Sequence record: NC_006268.1
DNA: 64,000 bases
Reading direction: 5' to 3' (one strand)
The position numbers were made by a program, and so were the translations under genes. Positions 49,570 to 58,044 of the stretch are shown here, piece by piece; position 1 is the first letter of the stretch, and the number at the start of each line of letters is the position of its first letter. Under the pieces are notes generated by a model. That model was not told the origin of the DNA and made no database searches. It was given only the letters and a program-made list of their open reading frames with translations.

Positions 49570-49904
49570 CCTATTCTCTTTATAAATCTAGCGAGCAGTA
49601 TGATAGCACTTATCCCCATGAAGACAATATATATTGCGTTAAGCGTATCTGCATATCCTACTGTTACGTAAACTGTTGAATTCGTTGCGGAAGTTGTCAC
49701 ATTAACGCCAGGCGTTGAAAGGATATATTGAGTTGAAGAAAGGTACAAAATTGTGGCGTAGATCATGGCCAATATTACTAAAACATCGTTACGATAACTA
49801 CCGCTAAAGCGATAAAGCATGAAGCCAATAATTGCTATCATGACGCTAACTATAACAATAAATATTACGTATTGTGTAAGTGTTGGGAGGACTACATAAC
49901 CCAT
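49566..49904 (-). CDS. Small membrane protein (3 TM)
   Basis: Hydrophobic; NVT and NST sequons in a loop. Confidence 0.75.
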   Translation of the reverse strand: MGYVVLPTLTQYVIFIVIVSVMIAIIGFMLYRFSGSYRNDVLVILAMIYATILYLSSTQYILSTPGVNVTTSATNSTVYVTVGYADTLNAIYIVFMGISAIILLARFIKRIG

Positions 49905-49975
49905 TTTTGCTCCCTATATAGTCGTTTTTATTTTGGCAGGAAAAAAGCTTAAATGAAATGAAAAAACAAATAAGC

Positions 49976-50116
49976 TTAAACGCCACCTACTAACTTTTGT
50001 AGTAGTTTATCTTCTTCCTCTTCTTCCTCTTTTTCTTTCTCTGTCTCTTCTTGATTATCAAGTACTCTCTTATGCTCCTTCTTCATTTTTTCGAGGACTT
50101 CCTTATAACTGCTCAT
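49976..50116 (-). CDS. 46-aa acidic small protein (not in ORF track)
   Basis: MSSYKEVLEKMKKEHKRVLDNQEETEKEKEEEEEEDKLLQKLVGGV; AAAAG-TTTAAAAA promoter-like motif about 30 nt upstream. Confidence 0.55.
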   Translation of the reverse strand: MSSYKEVLEKMKKEHKRVLDNQEETEKEKEEEEEEDKLLQKLVGGV

Positions 50117-50156
50117 CTCATTACTAATCTCTTTATACTTATTTTTAAACTTTTAT

Positions 50157-50624
50157 GTGATGCGAAACGTTTTTAAACAAAAGATAGAAAAAATAAAAAT
50201 GATGACAACGATCAATGCATTTCAACTGGATGAGCTGAAGACAAAGCTATACTATGAGGCCTTTGCTGCTGGAATGCAATCAATAATAAATGAATTTTAT
50301 AAAAAAGGTATCTCACCTATTCAAATTAGCGATGAATATGTTCTTGATGATGACTACTTTAATCAACAAGTCACATTTGACGATAATGGTACATTCAAGA
50401 TAATAAGTACAATAAGGCATTACAGCCTAAATGGCGAAAAAGAAATCTTAATTGATTTTATCTACACACAAGGTGAACAAAAGGCAACAATGCAAATAAT
50501 TGCGAGAACTAATGATAACATATTTGTTGGACCAGAGATTGATTATCAAAAATACTTAGAGATCTATTACGATGTGGTAGATAAGCTGGCCTCTGAACTT
50601 GATTCTGAGCTTGATAAGGAATAA
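50157..50624 (+). CDS. Hypothetical acidic protein
   Basis: ORF; true start likely one of the downstream ATGs near 50199. Confidence 0.75.
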   Translation: MMRNVFKQKIEKIKMMTTINAFQLDELKTKLYYEAFAAGMQSIINEFYKKGISPIQISDEYVLDDDYFNQQVTFDDNGTFKIISTIRHYSLNGEKEILIDFIYTQGEQKATMQIIARTNDNIFVGPEIDYQKYLEIYYDVVDKLASELDSELDKE

Positions 50625-50760
50625 TTTTTTCGAACTTTTGAAATCACTTAACGCTTTATTTTTCACGTAATAAGTTCGAAGTTCCTGTATATAGCAAAAG
50701 TTCGAAATTCGAAAGTGAAAGCAGATGAGTGAAAACCTTTGGTAAATTTACTGAAGTCAT
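50622..50760 (+). repeat. 139-bp intergenic direct repeat, copy 2
   Basis: 6 mismatches versus 37095-37233; contains a 12-bp inverted repeat 50629-50640/50695-50706. Confidence 0.95.
50738..50760. repeat. Left half of the palindromic element
   Basis: tttggtaaatttactgaa gtcat, abutting the 3' end of the alpha-class methylase. Confidence 0.75.
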
Positions 50761-50767
50761 AGCAAAT

Positions 50768-52006
50768 CTATCTAACCTTTTTCAACACCACTAGGTGCTC
50801 AGTTTTGATCCTACTGTCTTCCAGCCCAGTGGCCGGATTTACATCTGCTTCGAACATTACGCGAGAAACTATTTTATCAACATAGGTAACTTCATGCCGC
50901 CAGCCGAACTCTCTCAAGTGTTCAGTTACTATATCATCTATTGGAATAGGTAAATTCCGTATCTTAGCTGGGCCAACAAAGATGAACATGTAATCTACCA
51001 CTCTTTCACCTAACGTAGCGAATGCCTGCAAAATTGCATTAAAGTAATTGTCATAAAGTGCCCTAAGATGGCTTTCTGTTATTTTTTCTCTGAGGGTGTA
51101 GTACGTTTCTGAAAAAATGTTTGTACTTTTTACTTGTCTATAAGGAATCTCTTTTTTACTTAGCGATTGTATGTACTTCTCGTCGTAACCTAGCCAAAAC
51201 AGCTCAAGCTTCGTAGACCTAATATACTCTTGTGCTTGCAAGTAAGGTGGAGATGTGATAAGTGCATTAACTTCTTTATCTAGTCTGGTTTCCAACGTGT
51301 CAATACCGGCTTTTAACTCATAATCTACCGCTTTAGGCTTAAGATGATTGTACTCTTCTATTTTCCTAATAAGCGTAAGTATTTCATTCTTTAACATGTT
51401 ATAAAATTTGGCTTTCCAATTTGTTTTAAGAAGTGTTTCTACTTTCTGTTTAGAGTATTTTGACTTAAATAGCTTATGAACCTTTTCGTCACTATACGAA
51501 AAGTATCGCGTAACCTTGAGTAGCGGTATTAATAGCAAATATTTTTTCTTGTCTGTAATTGAGTGGGCGAACCCCCATGCTTTCGAAAGAAGAGGGAGAA
51601 ACTCCTCCGGGAACCAATAATTTAGGTTAGACCATTTGGGGAGGAATTCCTCTCGAGAGTTCATCAAATCTTTCATTATCTTTTCAACATCCGCTTCTGC
51701 CCTTGTCATGATAGCTGTATTATGTGTGACATTTATTATCGGGTTTAACTCCCATAACACATAACTATGCCCATACACTCTTGATACGACACCAACTGTA
51801 CCATAACCAGCAAAAGGGTCAAACACCTTCATGCCTGGCTTGCAGTAAGTCTTCAGTATATAAGCAACAACCTGCGGAATGAATTTAGCGGGATATCGAT
51901 AAATAGCAAATGTTCCGTATGTAGTTGTTGGAATTTCCGGGATCATGTTCCTAAAAACTACGGGAACCCTTTGAGAACCTTCAGACGATACCGTCATAAT
52001 TATCAT
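50768..52006 (-). CDS. Amino-methyltransferase, alpha class, probable N4-cytosine DNA methylase
   Basis: YRYPAKFIPQ, motif I FDPFAGYGT near the N-terminus, motif IV ITSPPY in the C-terminal half. Confidence 0.88.
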   Translation of the reverse strand: MIIMTVSSEGSQRVPVVFRNMIPEIPTTTYGTFAIYRYPAKFIPQVVAYILKTYCKPGMKVFDPFAGYGTVGVVSRVYGHSYVLWELNPIINVTHNTAIMTRAEADVEKIMKDLMNSREEFLPKWSNLNYWFPEEFLPLLSKAWGFAHSITDKKKYLLLIPLLKVTRYFSYSDEKVHKLFKSKYSKQKVETLLKTNWKAKFYNMLKNEILTLIRKIEEYNHLKPKAVDYELKAGIDTLETRLDKEVNALITSPPYLQAQEYIRSTKLELFWLGYDEKYIQSLSKKEIPYRQVKSTNIFSETYYTLREKITESHLRALYDNYFNAILQAFATLGERVVDYMFIFVGPAKIRNLPIPIDDIVTEHLREFGWRHEVTYVDKIVSRVMFEADVNPATGLEDSRIKTEHLVVLKKVR

Positions 52007-52018
52007 TTAATGAAATCT

Positions 52019-52390
52019 TTATTGGGATCTTATTACCTTTATTACTTTTTCATTCTCATCATAGATAAACTTCACAATATCTCCAGGACTTACTGGAAAG
52101 TGCCTTAACAACTTTGCAGGGATTTTCATTCTGTAATTTCTGGAAACTGTTGCAAAATCTTCAAATTCAAACTGCAATGGTCTTTCTGCATTCTGCGGGT
52201 CAACAGACAATACCCTAGTAGGTGAAACTCTAGCATATGCTTTAACTAACTTTAGTGCGGGTTCATTACCATTTTTTGCAATACTCACTCTCATAATATC
52301 TCCCATAGTCATTGGGTAGGCCTTCCTTATTGCCGTTGGGATTGTTACTACATAATTCGTCGTTACTTTCGAAAACGCCTCTACTACCAT
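52019..52390 (-). CDS. Tandem AbrB/SpoVT-type DNA-binding protein
   Basis: Two repeats: KVTTNYVVTIPTAIRKAYPMTMGD and TVSRNYRMKIPAKLLRHFPVSPGD. Confidence 0.85.
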   Translation of the reverse strand: MVVEAFSKVTTNYVVTIPTAIRKAYPMTMGDIMRVSIAKNGNEPALKLVKAYARVSPTRVLSVDPQNAERPLQFEFEDFATVSRNYRMKIPAKLLRHFPVSPGDIVKFIYDENEKVIKVIRSQ

Positions 52391-52436
52391 TTTCTTTCAC
52401 CCCACCTTCACATTACATTTTGTTGTAATTTACTAG

Positions 52437-52451
52437 TATATAAATCTTTCT
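52437..52451 (-). promoter_or_regulatory. Strong BRE-TATA promoter variant
   Basis: agaaagatttatata on the minus strand upstream of the AbrB gene and alpha-class methylase. Confidence 0.7.
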
Positions 52452-52490
52452 ATAATAGTGATGAAAACAAACTTCGGAAAAATGAACTAC

Positions 52491-53480
52491 TTAACCAAAA
52501 ACCTTCCTAAAAACTTCTTCATGCTCTTTTATCACTCTTTCCACCTTGAAGTAGTCCGGCAATGTAACTCTAATCTCTTGTGCCTCTTTTATTTTCTCTA
52601 TTGCTTCTTCATCGCTGCTGTAGAAGAACAGCTTTAGATGTTTGCCAAGTTCTTTATGCACTGGAATATCTGTCACAACCGCTGGAAGGCCATGCGCTGC
52701 AGCTTCAACTAATGGTAATTCAAACCCCTCATCTTGTGAGGCACTAAGATAAACGTCACTTCCCGCGTAAAGGAGTGAAAGCTCAGTGTCTGAAATAGTT
52801 CCTATGCTTTTATCACCGTAAATGTTTCCTTTTCCTACTGTAATGAGGTAGTAATCATCCCCTAGTTTTTCCCTTATTCGCCTCAATCGTGGTAAGTCTT
52901 TCCGCGGATGATAGTTTGTAACGTTGAGTATTATCTTTTTATTGGGCGGGATTCCATACATTTCTCTTACTTTTTGTACTGCTTCTTCACGTGTATAAGC
53001 AACATTGAGGTAGTTCCCGTGGTAAATAACCCTAATAGGAGGTAAATCGAGGCCTTTCTTATCTGCATATTGTTCTAACTCTGATAGCGTATGATAAGTT
53101 GGAACAATAACGTATGCAGCCTCTGGTAGGTGCCTAAGCATGAAGTACATGTATGGTGTATAGGTGTAGTGTTTCCATTTAAAGTAAACTAAATCTTGTA
53201 GGCCTGTAACTATTGTCTTATGTTTTGCGTGATTCAAGAAATCGATGTTTGGAAAAAACACGTTTTGTTCGGGAACAAATTTACAGAAGATATCGTAGAA
53301 AAATGCATCGATTATAATATTTAGCCTATTTCTGAAAACGTTTATTACCTTATCATAGCCAGAGGGAGCCTCAGTATTAACCCTTACAAAGTAAAACTTT
53401 GATTTAAGACCAAAGGCAATAACTGCAGCGTATCGACCGAGCCCAGTGTATGGCGGGGACCGTGTAACGGTAACAAACAT
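52491..53480 (-). CDS. GT-B glycosyltransferase family 4
   Basis: VIYHG, HPRKDL, SDVYLSASQDEGFELPLVEAAAHGLPAVVTDIP (E-x7-E motif). Confidence 0.92.
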   Translation of the reverse strand: MFVTVTRSPPYTGLGRYAAVIAFGLKSKFYFVRVNTEAPSGYDKVINVFRNRLNIIIDAFFYDIFCKFVPEQNVFFPNIDFLNHAKHKTIVTGLQDLVYFKWKHYTYTPYMYFMLRHLPEAAYVIVPTYHTLSELEQYADKKGLDLPPIRVIYHGNYLNVAYTREEAVQKVREMYGIPPNKKIILNVTNYHPRKDLPRLRRIREKLGDDYYLITVGKGNIYGDKSIGTISDTELSLLYAGSDVYLSASQDEGFELPLVEAAAHGLPAVVTDIPVHKELGKHLKLFFYSSDEEAIEKIKEAQEIRVTLPDYFKVERVIKEHEEVFRKVFG

Positions 53481-53514
53481 ACAAAAAACTTTTACCTTTA
53501 TAGCATTATAAACA

Positions 53515-55257
53515 TTATTGTTGCATTACACTCTTTAGAGTGAGAACGCCATTATTCCCTACAACGTTGTAATAGCCGAACGTTTCAACAGTGTTATTAG
53601 TAATGCCAAGAATCTTAGCGTTTATTGCTGTATAGATACCAGGTATTAAGAAGAGTTTAGTTGTACCATTTACGCTAAATGATGGTGGCTTGAAGAGAAC
53701 TGGAGGACCAGAGTAATTGTACTTCATCACAACAAACCAGTAGCAAACTGCATAAATTCCATACCCATTTTTGTAAAATAGGTTAAGTACTGCAATTGAT
53801 TGATTATTGAAGTTATTCGTTATGTCAATGATAATGTAATCAACACTGACGTTAACTATAGTGTTATTGGCAGGATCGTACACTAGATACTGATTTTTAG
53901 CAAAGTTGAATGATGTAAAGTTTGTGTATTGTAAAACAAGTGGATATAGGTACTCTGGAATCCTTGGGTAGAGTTCGGGCATGTATGGTGTAGTTAAGAC
54001 AGAAGCGTTTTGAGGTATTAGGCTTGCAACCTGATAGAAGTATTGAACACGATCTGGATACTCTGCCAATGTGTAATATGGCCCACCCATTGCTATGCGT
54101 GAGGTGATTGAGAGTGGAGAAATGAGTGATAGTACAGCAAATGTAAGTAGTACAAATAAGAGCGCATATGACATTATCCTCTTTAGGTTGAAATTATCAA
54201 TTTTTGCAAGTGTCCTAGCTACAGTGATGAAAAGCTGAGCTAAGTAAAGTGAAGCATATTGGAATAAGTAAATGTATGGGAACGTCATTGGTTGATACGT
54301 TGTTATTGCAAAAAAGACAAAAACTGGTAGTATAGTTAGGATGAACCAATCCCAAACAAAAAAGACTGAGGCAAGAATTGTCAAAGGTGTTAGAAGGTTT
54401 AAAGGATTAAACCCAATGTTACTATACCCATTTGGATTAGCTAGATGAGATTGCAGATCTATATTAAACGCGTTGTGCCCGAAAGCTGCAATTCCAAATG
54501 GAATAAACATTAACGCTCCATAAGCAGCTACCATAATGTATTCAGATGCCTCATTAAATTCATATCTTCTTGCAAAAATTTGAAAAAGTGTAGTAAAAAA
54601 GTATCTAGGATCATGTTCTTTTATTGCAAATTTAAGACTGTATCTTCTTTCAAGAAACCCTTTGAAAAGATCTACAAACAATTCTAAATTAATGTACAAT
54701 AGTACTAGGAATACATAAGGAAAACGAACAGTAGAAGCAAGAATTGCAAAGATTGCTGCTGGTATTGGCTTATTCTTTATCTTAAAATAATACATTAATA
54801 AAAAGTATAATACAAATAGATTTTGCATGTGGAAAGGCATAAAAAGTTCGCCATAAACGCCAGGATTTAGAAGATAAAGCCACACTACAAGGTAAGACTT
54901 CTCATAACTTTTTGTTAATTCTTTAGCAATGTAGAAGAGTGGAATAATTGGTGCTGCTGTTACCGCAGCTTGCCAAATCACCGCCTCGTAAGCGTTGTTT
55001 ATAAAGAAGAAGTAGAGGAGCGGAGACTTATAGGCAAATGTAGCTAGGATATAGAGCCATGTAAGAGGGTTGTTTAAATGGGCAAGCTTCTGGGCAGTTA
55101 AATAAAGAAACATTAGGTTTACTCCAACGTCGTAGATTGGAAAGGCCTCCATTGTTACATATTGTTGATAAACGAGAGTGTAGAATGCGGCAAAAGCTCC
55201 AGCAAAAATAAGCCAGACACCGTATTCTTTGAGAAGATTGTTATATTTCTTGCTCAT
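53515..55257 (-). CDS. Polytopic membrane protein, GT-C fold / DUF2079-like glycosyltransferase
   Basis: About 10 TM helices, YDVG in the first external loop, PFH motif, soluble C-terminal domain. Confidence 0.65.
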   Translation of the reverse strand: MSKKYNNLLKEYGVWLIFAGAFAAFYTLVYQQYVTMEAFPIYDVGVNLMFLYLTAQKLAHLNNPLTWLYILATFAYKSPLLYFFFINNAYEAVIWQAAVTAAPIIPLFYIAKELTKSYEKSYLVVWLYLLNPGVYGELFMPFHMQNLFVLYFLLMYYFKIKNKPIPAAIFAILASTVRFPYVFLVLLYINLELFVDLFKGFLERRYSLKFAIKEHDPRYFFTTLFQIFARRYEFNEASEYIMVAAYGALMFIPFGIAAFGHNAFNIDLQSHLANPNGYSNIGFNPLNLLTPLTILASVFFVWDWFILTILPVFVFFAITTYQPMTFPYIYLFQYASLYLAQLFITVARTLAKIDNFNLKRIMSYALLFVLLTFAVLSLISPLSITSRIAMGGPYYTLAEYPDRVQYFYQVASLIPQNASVLTTPYMPELYPRIPEYLYPLVLQYTNFTSFNFAKNQYLVYDPANNTIVNVSVDYIIIDITNNFNNQSIAVLNLFYKNGYGIYAVCYWFVVMKYNYSGPPVLFKPPSFSVNGTTKLFLIPGIYTAINAKILGITNNTVETFGYYNVVGNNGVLTLKSVMQQ

Positions 55258-55299
55258 TAAGTGATATCATATGTCGTAATATTTTAAATTTTTAGGCTT

Positions 55300-55347
55300 T
55301 TCTCCAAAATTACCAAATTGTCATGACAATTCGGCAAATTGGTAGAA
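55300..55347. repeat. 48-bp palindromic element
   Basis: ttctccaaaattaccaaa ttgtcatgacaa ttcggcaaattggtagaa. Confidence 0.9.
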
Positions 55348-55359
55348 AAGTCAGAAGGG

Positions 55360-56322
55360 TTATTTGATGGCTTTTTCAAAAGCTTGGATTTCCTTTTTAG
55401 TTAGCTTTTCAAACTCTTCCTTTAAGTACTTTATAGCCTTGTGAATTGCCATTATTGGGTTTTCTACACTAAACCCAGTTTTGTATATCTTTGTTGAATC
55501 AAGCAGTAAGTAGTTTGGCTCAACTGGCCTTGGATTTTCCATCCAACTTATCTTTCCTTCCCAGCCCAATTCCTTAGCAACAATAGAAACAGTTTCTGAC
55601 AGCGTCAGAACGTGATTATATACACTATAATGTACTGATACGTTATACACTCCTTCCATCTTATCTAAGTTTTTAATAGCGTGTAAGTAAGCGTTCACGT
55701 GGTCCTCCCAGTACATCCATTGCCTGCTTGAGAGAGGATGGCCATCGTAATGTATTTCTTTCGCACCGCTCAACATTGCTAAAACGGTTTTTTCAAAGAA
55801 GTATCCTCTTGCCTCTTCCGGCAAACGTGAAATTGGCCTACCGATCGTGTTAATAGGCCTTAAGATGATTGTTTTTTCCTTTCTACCAGCAAGTAGCATC
55901 TCTGACGCTATTTTTGAAACTGCATAAGGACTGGTTGGTGTCCTATAAACCTCCTCTTCCTTATAATAGTGAGGGTAAGGCGTATAAGGGTAGACTTCGG
56001 CGGTTGAAGCGTGAATTAATGGGGCCTCTGCCATCGCTATGTTATATGCTATAATTGCGTTATTCATGAAAGAAGTGTCCTCGTAGCTAAGCCTAACAGG
56101 CGTTTTTGAGGCTAAATTAATAACCAAATCAGGCTTTACCTTTCTTAACAAATCCCTTACTTTTTCTCTATCTGTGAGATCAACAAAAACGTACTCAGCA
56201 GCTGAATCAACTATGTTGTTGGAAAAATGGTCCTTATTTGCAACACATACTACTTTATCATTGTTTAGTCTCTTAAGGAGTTGAGAACCGATAAAGCCCG
56301 TACAGCCAGTGATTAAGATCAT
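55360..56322 (-). CDS. NAD-dependent nucleotide-sugar epimerase/dehydratase (extended SDR)
   Basis: ITGCTGFIG, HASTAEVY, YAVSK, RPINTIG. Confidence 0.92.
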   Translation of the reverse strand: MILITGCTGFIGSQLLKRLNNDKVVCVANKDHFSNNIVDSAAEYVFVDLTDREKVRDLLRKVKPDLVINLASKTPVRLSYEDTSFMNNAIIAYNIAMAEAPLIHASTAEVYPYTPYPHYYKEEEVYRTPTSPYAVSKIASEMLLAGRKEKTIILRPINTIGRPISRLPEEARGYFFEKTVLAMLSGAKEIHYDGHPLSSRQWMYWEDHVNAYLHAIKNLDKMEGVYNVSVHYSVYNHVLTLSETVSIVAKELGWEGKISWMENPRPVEPNYLLLDSTKIYKTGFSVENPIMAIHKAIKYLKEEFEKLTKKEIQAFEKAIK

Positions 56323-56389
56323 GTGATAGTTAATGTAATCATTATTTTTAAATATTTCTTCTTGCTGAAATATGAATTGCTAAACAGAA

Positions 56390-56407
56390 TTCTCCAAATT
56401 GGTAGAA
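56390..56407. repeat. Single 18-bp box
   Basis: ttctccaaattggtagaa, 5 nt from the beta-class methylase stop. Confidence 0.75.
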
Positions 56408-56412
56408 ACAGA

Positions 56413-57306
56413 TCATTTTTGCGTGACTGTCCTTTGCCTTTTAACTTTTTCTTGAAGCCAGCTTCTTAGCCGTTTAGCATCATCCCTTATAATTATCTCG
56501 AAATTCGATGAATCAGAATTAAACAGTTTAGCGTGATCTATTCCTAACTTCTTTTTCACCACGTCAAGAAGTTCCAGGTCAATTTCATAGCCAACTGCTT
56601 TTCTTCTTAATTCAACAGCTACCTTTAATGTTGTTGCAGAACCCATGAATGGGTCCAAAACAGTTTCACCAACATAAGAAAATAATTTTATCAATCTGTA
56701 AGGAATCTCTTCTGGGAAGGCCGCTATTCCTTCTTCAATTCTACCTTTAACTGGTAGAACGTTTGTAATCTCCCATACAGAAAGATACCACTTTTCTCTA
56801 TTAAATTCCTGTATGTCAATTCTTGACGATTCTAATTCTGCCTTGTTTTTAGGGTACTTATATTCGCCTTTTTGCATAATCAAAATCTCCTCGTATATAT
56901 TGTCTGGATAGAAGTACATTGGGTATGGATGCTGTAACTGCACTCCACTTCGTCTACTTATCCTAACATAACCCTCTGGCTTTTTCCAGATAATCCTATC
57001 GCGATAAGTGAAACCTTCCTCCATCATTATCCTAAGAATGTCCGCAGTTACTGGGTACAATTTCCCATTAATTCTAACATCTTGCGTCACGAAACAGGCT
57101 ATCCTACCTTCTGCCAAAACCCTATATAGTTCCCTAGCCACATCTCTTATCAATCCAAGAAATTCATCGTAATCCTTAAATAAATCTGGATAATCAAAGG
57201 GGGCGTTAAAGTATGGAGGTGAAGTAACCACTAAGTGAACTGAACCATCCGAAATTTCTTTCATGTTTCTACTGTCACCAAAAACTATCAGATTTCCTTG
57301 AGGCAT
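56413..57306 (-). CDS. Amino-methyltransferase, beta class (N4-C/N6-A DNA methylase)
   Basis: Motif IV VTSPPY at the N-terminus; AAFPEEIPYRLIK and motif I LDPFMGSATT at the C-terminus. Confidence 0.92.
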   Translation of the reverse strand: MPQGNLIVFGDSRNMKEISDGSVHLVVTSPPYFNAPFDYPDLFKDYDEFLGLIRDVARELYRVLAEGRIACFVTQDVRINGKLYPVTADILRIMMEEGFTYRDRIIWKKPEGYVRISRRSGVQLQHPYPMYFYPDNIYEEILIMQKGEYKYPKNKAELESSRIDIQEFNREKWYLSVWEITNVLPVKGRIEEGIAAFPEEIPYRLIKLFSYVGETVLDPFMGSATTLKVAVELRRKAVGYEIDLELLDVVKKKLGIDHAKLFNSDSSNFEIIIRDDAKRLRSWLQEKVKRQRTVTQK

Positions 57307-57370
57307 TTTGTAACTGTTATTAATCCCACGCTCTTATTTTTTTCCGCGGTACAGTAGTGGGTCACATTCG

Positions 57371-57418
57371 TTCTGTAAATTGGTAGAATTGTCATGACAA
57401 TTCTACCAATTTACAGAA
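57371..57418. repeat. Perfect 48-bp palindrome (type copy of the element)
   Basis: ttctgtaaattggtagaattgtcatgacaattctaccaatttacagaa equals its own reverse complement. Confidence 0.97.
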
Positions 57419-57482
57419 GCTAGAAATTATACGGTAAAACAAAAAAGTTTTTAAACCATGATTATAACAATTATCATTAGAA

Positions 57483-57959
57483 ATGAATAGTAACGATAGA
57501 ATAATAAAAACTAAGCAAGGTAACAAATTCCTACTTACAATGTTAAATAAAATACTCAAGACCATCAAGGAGAATGGGGAGTATTACAAGGTGAGAGATG
57601 CAGGCAATAACTACGTTTGCTATATGTGGGAAACCGCCAGAATATGTGTAGGCCTTGCAAGGAAGTTTGGAAAAGATGAATACATCGTTTATCTAGACTT
57701 TGATTCTAATGACATTGGAACTGATATAATGTTCGTTGTTGACACAGAAGAAAGGACAGTGAAGAGTCACTCGATGATTCTAAGCTTTCTACTTAAGAAC
57801 ATTACTAATGCACCACTTGTGTTGAAGAGTCTAGATGGACTAAGGGTGTTTATTGAAGAATTGATAAGGGCATTGCCAGCAGAAGATGAAGAAAATGAGA
57901 AAATGGACAACAATGAAACAAAGTCAGATGCAGCAGTAGCAGTTGTCAATTTTTCTTGA
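57483..57959 (+). CDS. Hypothetical protein
   Basis: 158 aa; AAAAG-TTTTTAAA promoter upstream; flanked by palindromic boxes. Confidence 0.75.
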   Translation: MNSNDRIIKTKQGNKFLLTMLNKILKTIKENGEYYKVRDAGNNYVCYMWETARICVGLARKFGKDEYIVYLDFDSNDIGTDIMFVVDTEERTVKSHSMILSFLLKNITNAPLVLKSLDGLRVFIEELIRALPAEDEENEKMDNNETKSDAAVAVVNFS

Positions 57960-58044
57960 CTTCTGTAAATTTGTAGAAGTCAAGTCTTTGTTTATATCTC
58001 TGTTGAAATAATAAAAGTGAGTTGCGTTCTGTAAATTTGTAGAA
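57955..58044. repeat. Two single 18-bp boxes (57961-57978, 58027-58044)
   Basis: ttctgtaaatttgtagaa twice; the first is extended by cttgac/gtcaag into a 30-bp inverted repeat. Confidence 0.85.

Noticed and set aside
50672-50711. GAAGTTCCTGTATA resembles the FRT site; the ...TTCGAAAG end resembles a CRISPR repeat
   Set aside because: No matching inverted arm in FRT geometry and similarity is short; treated as chance.
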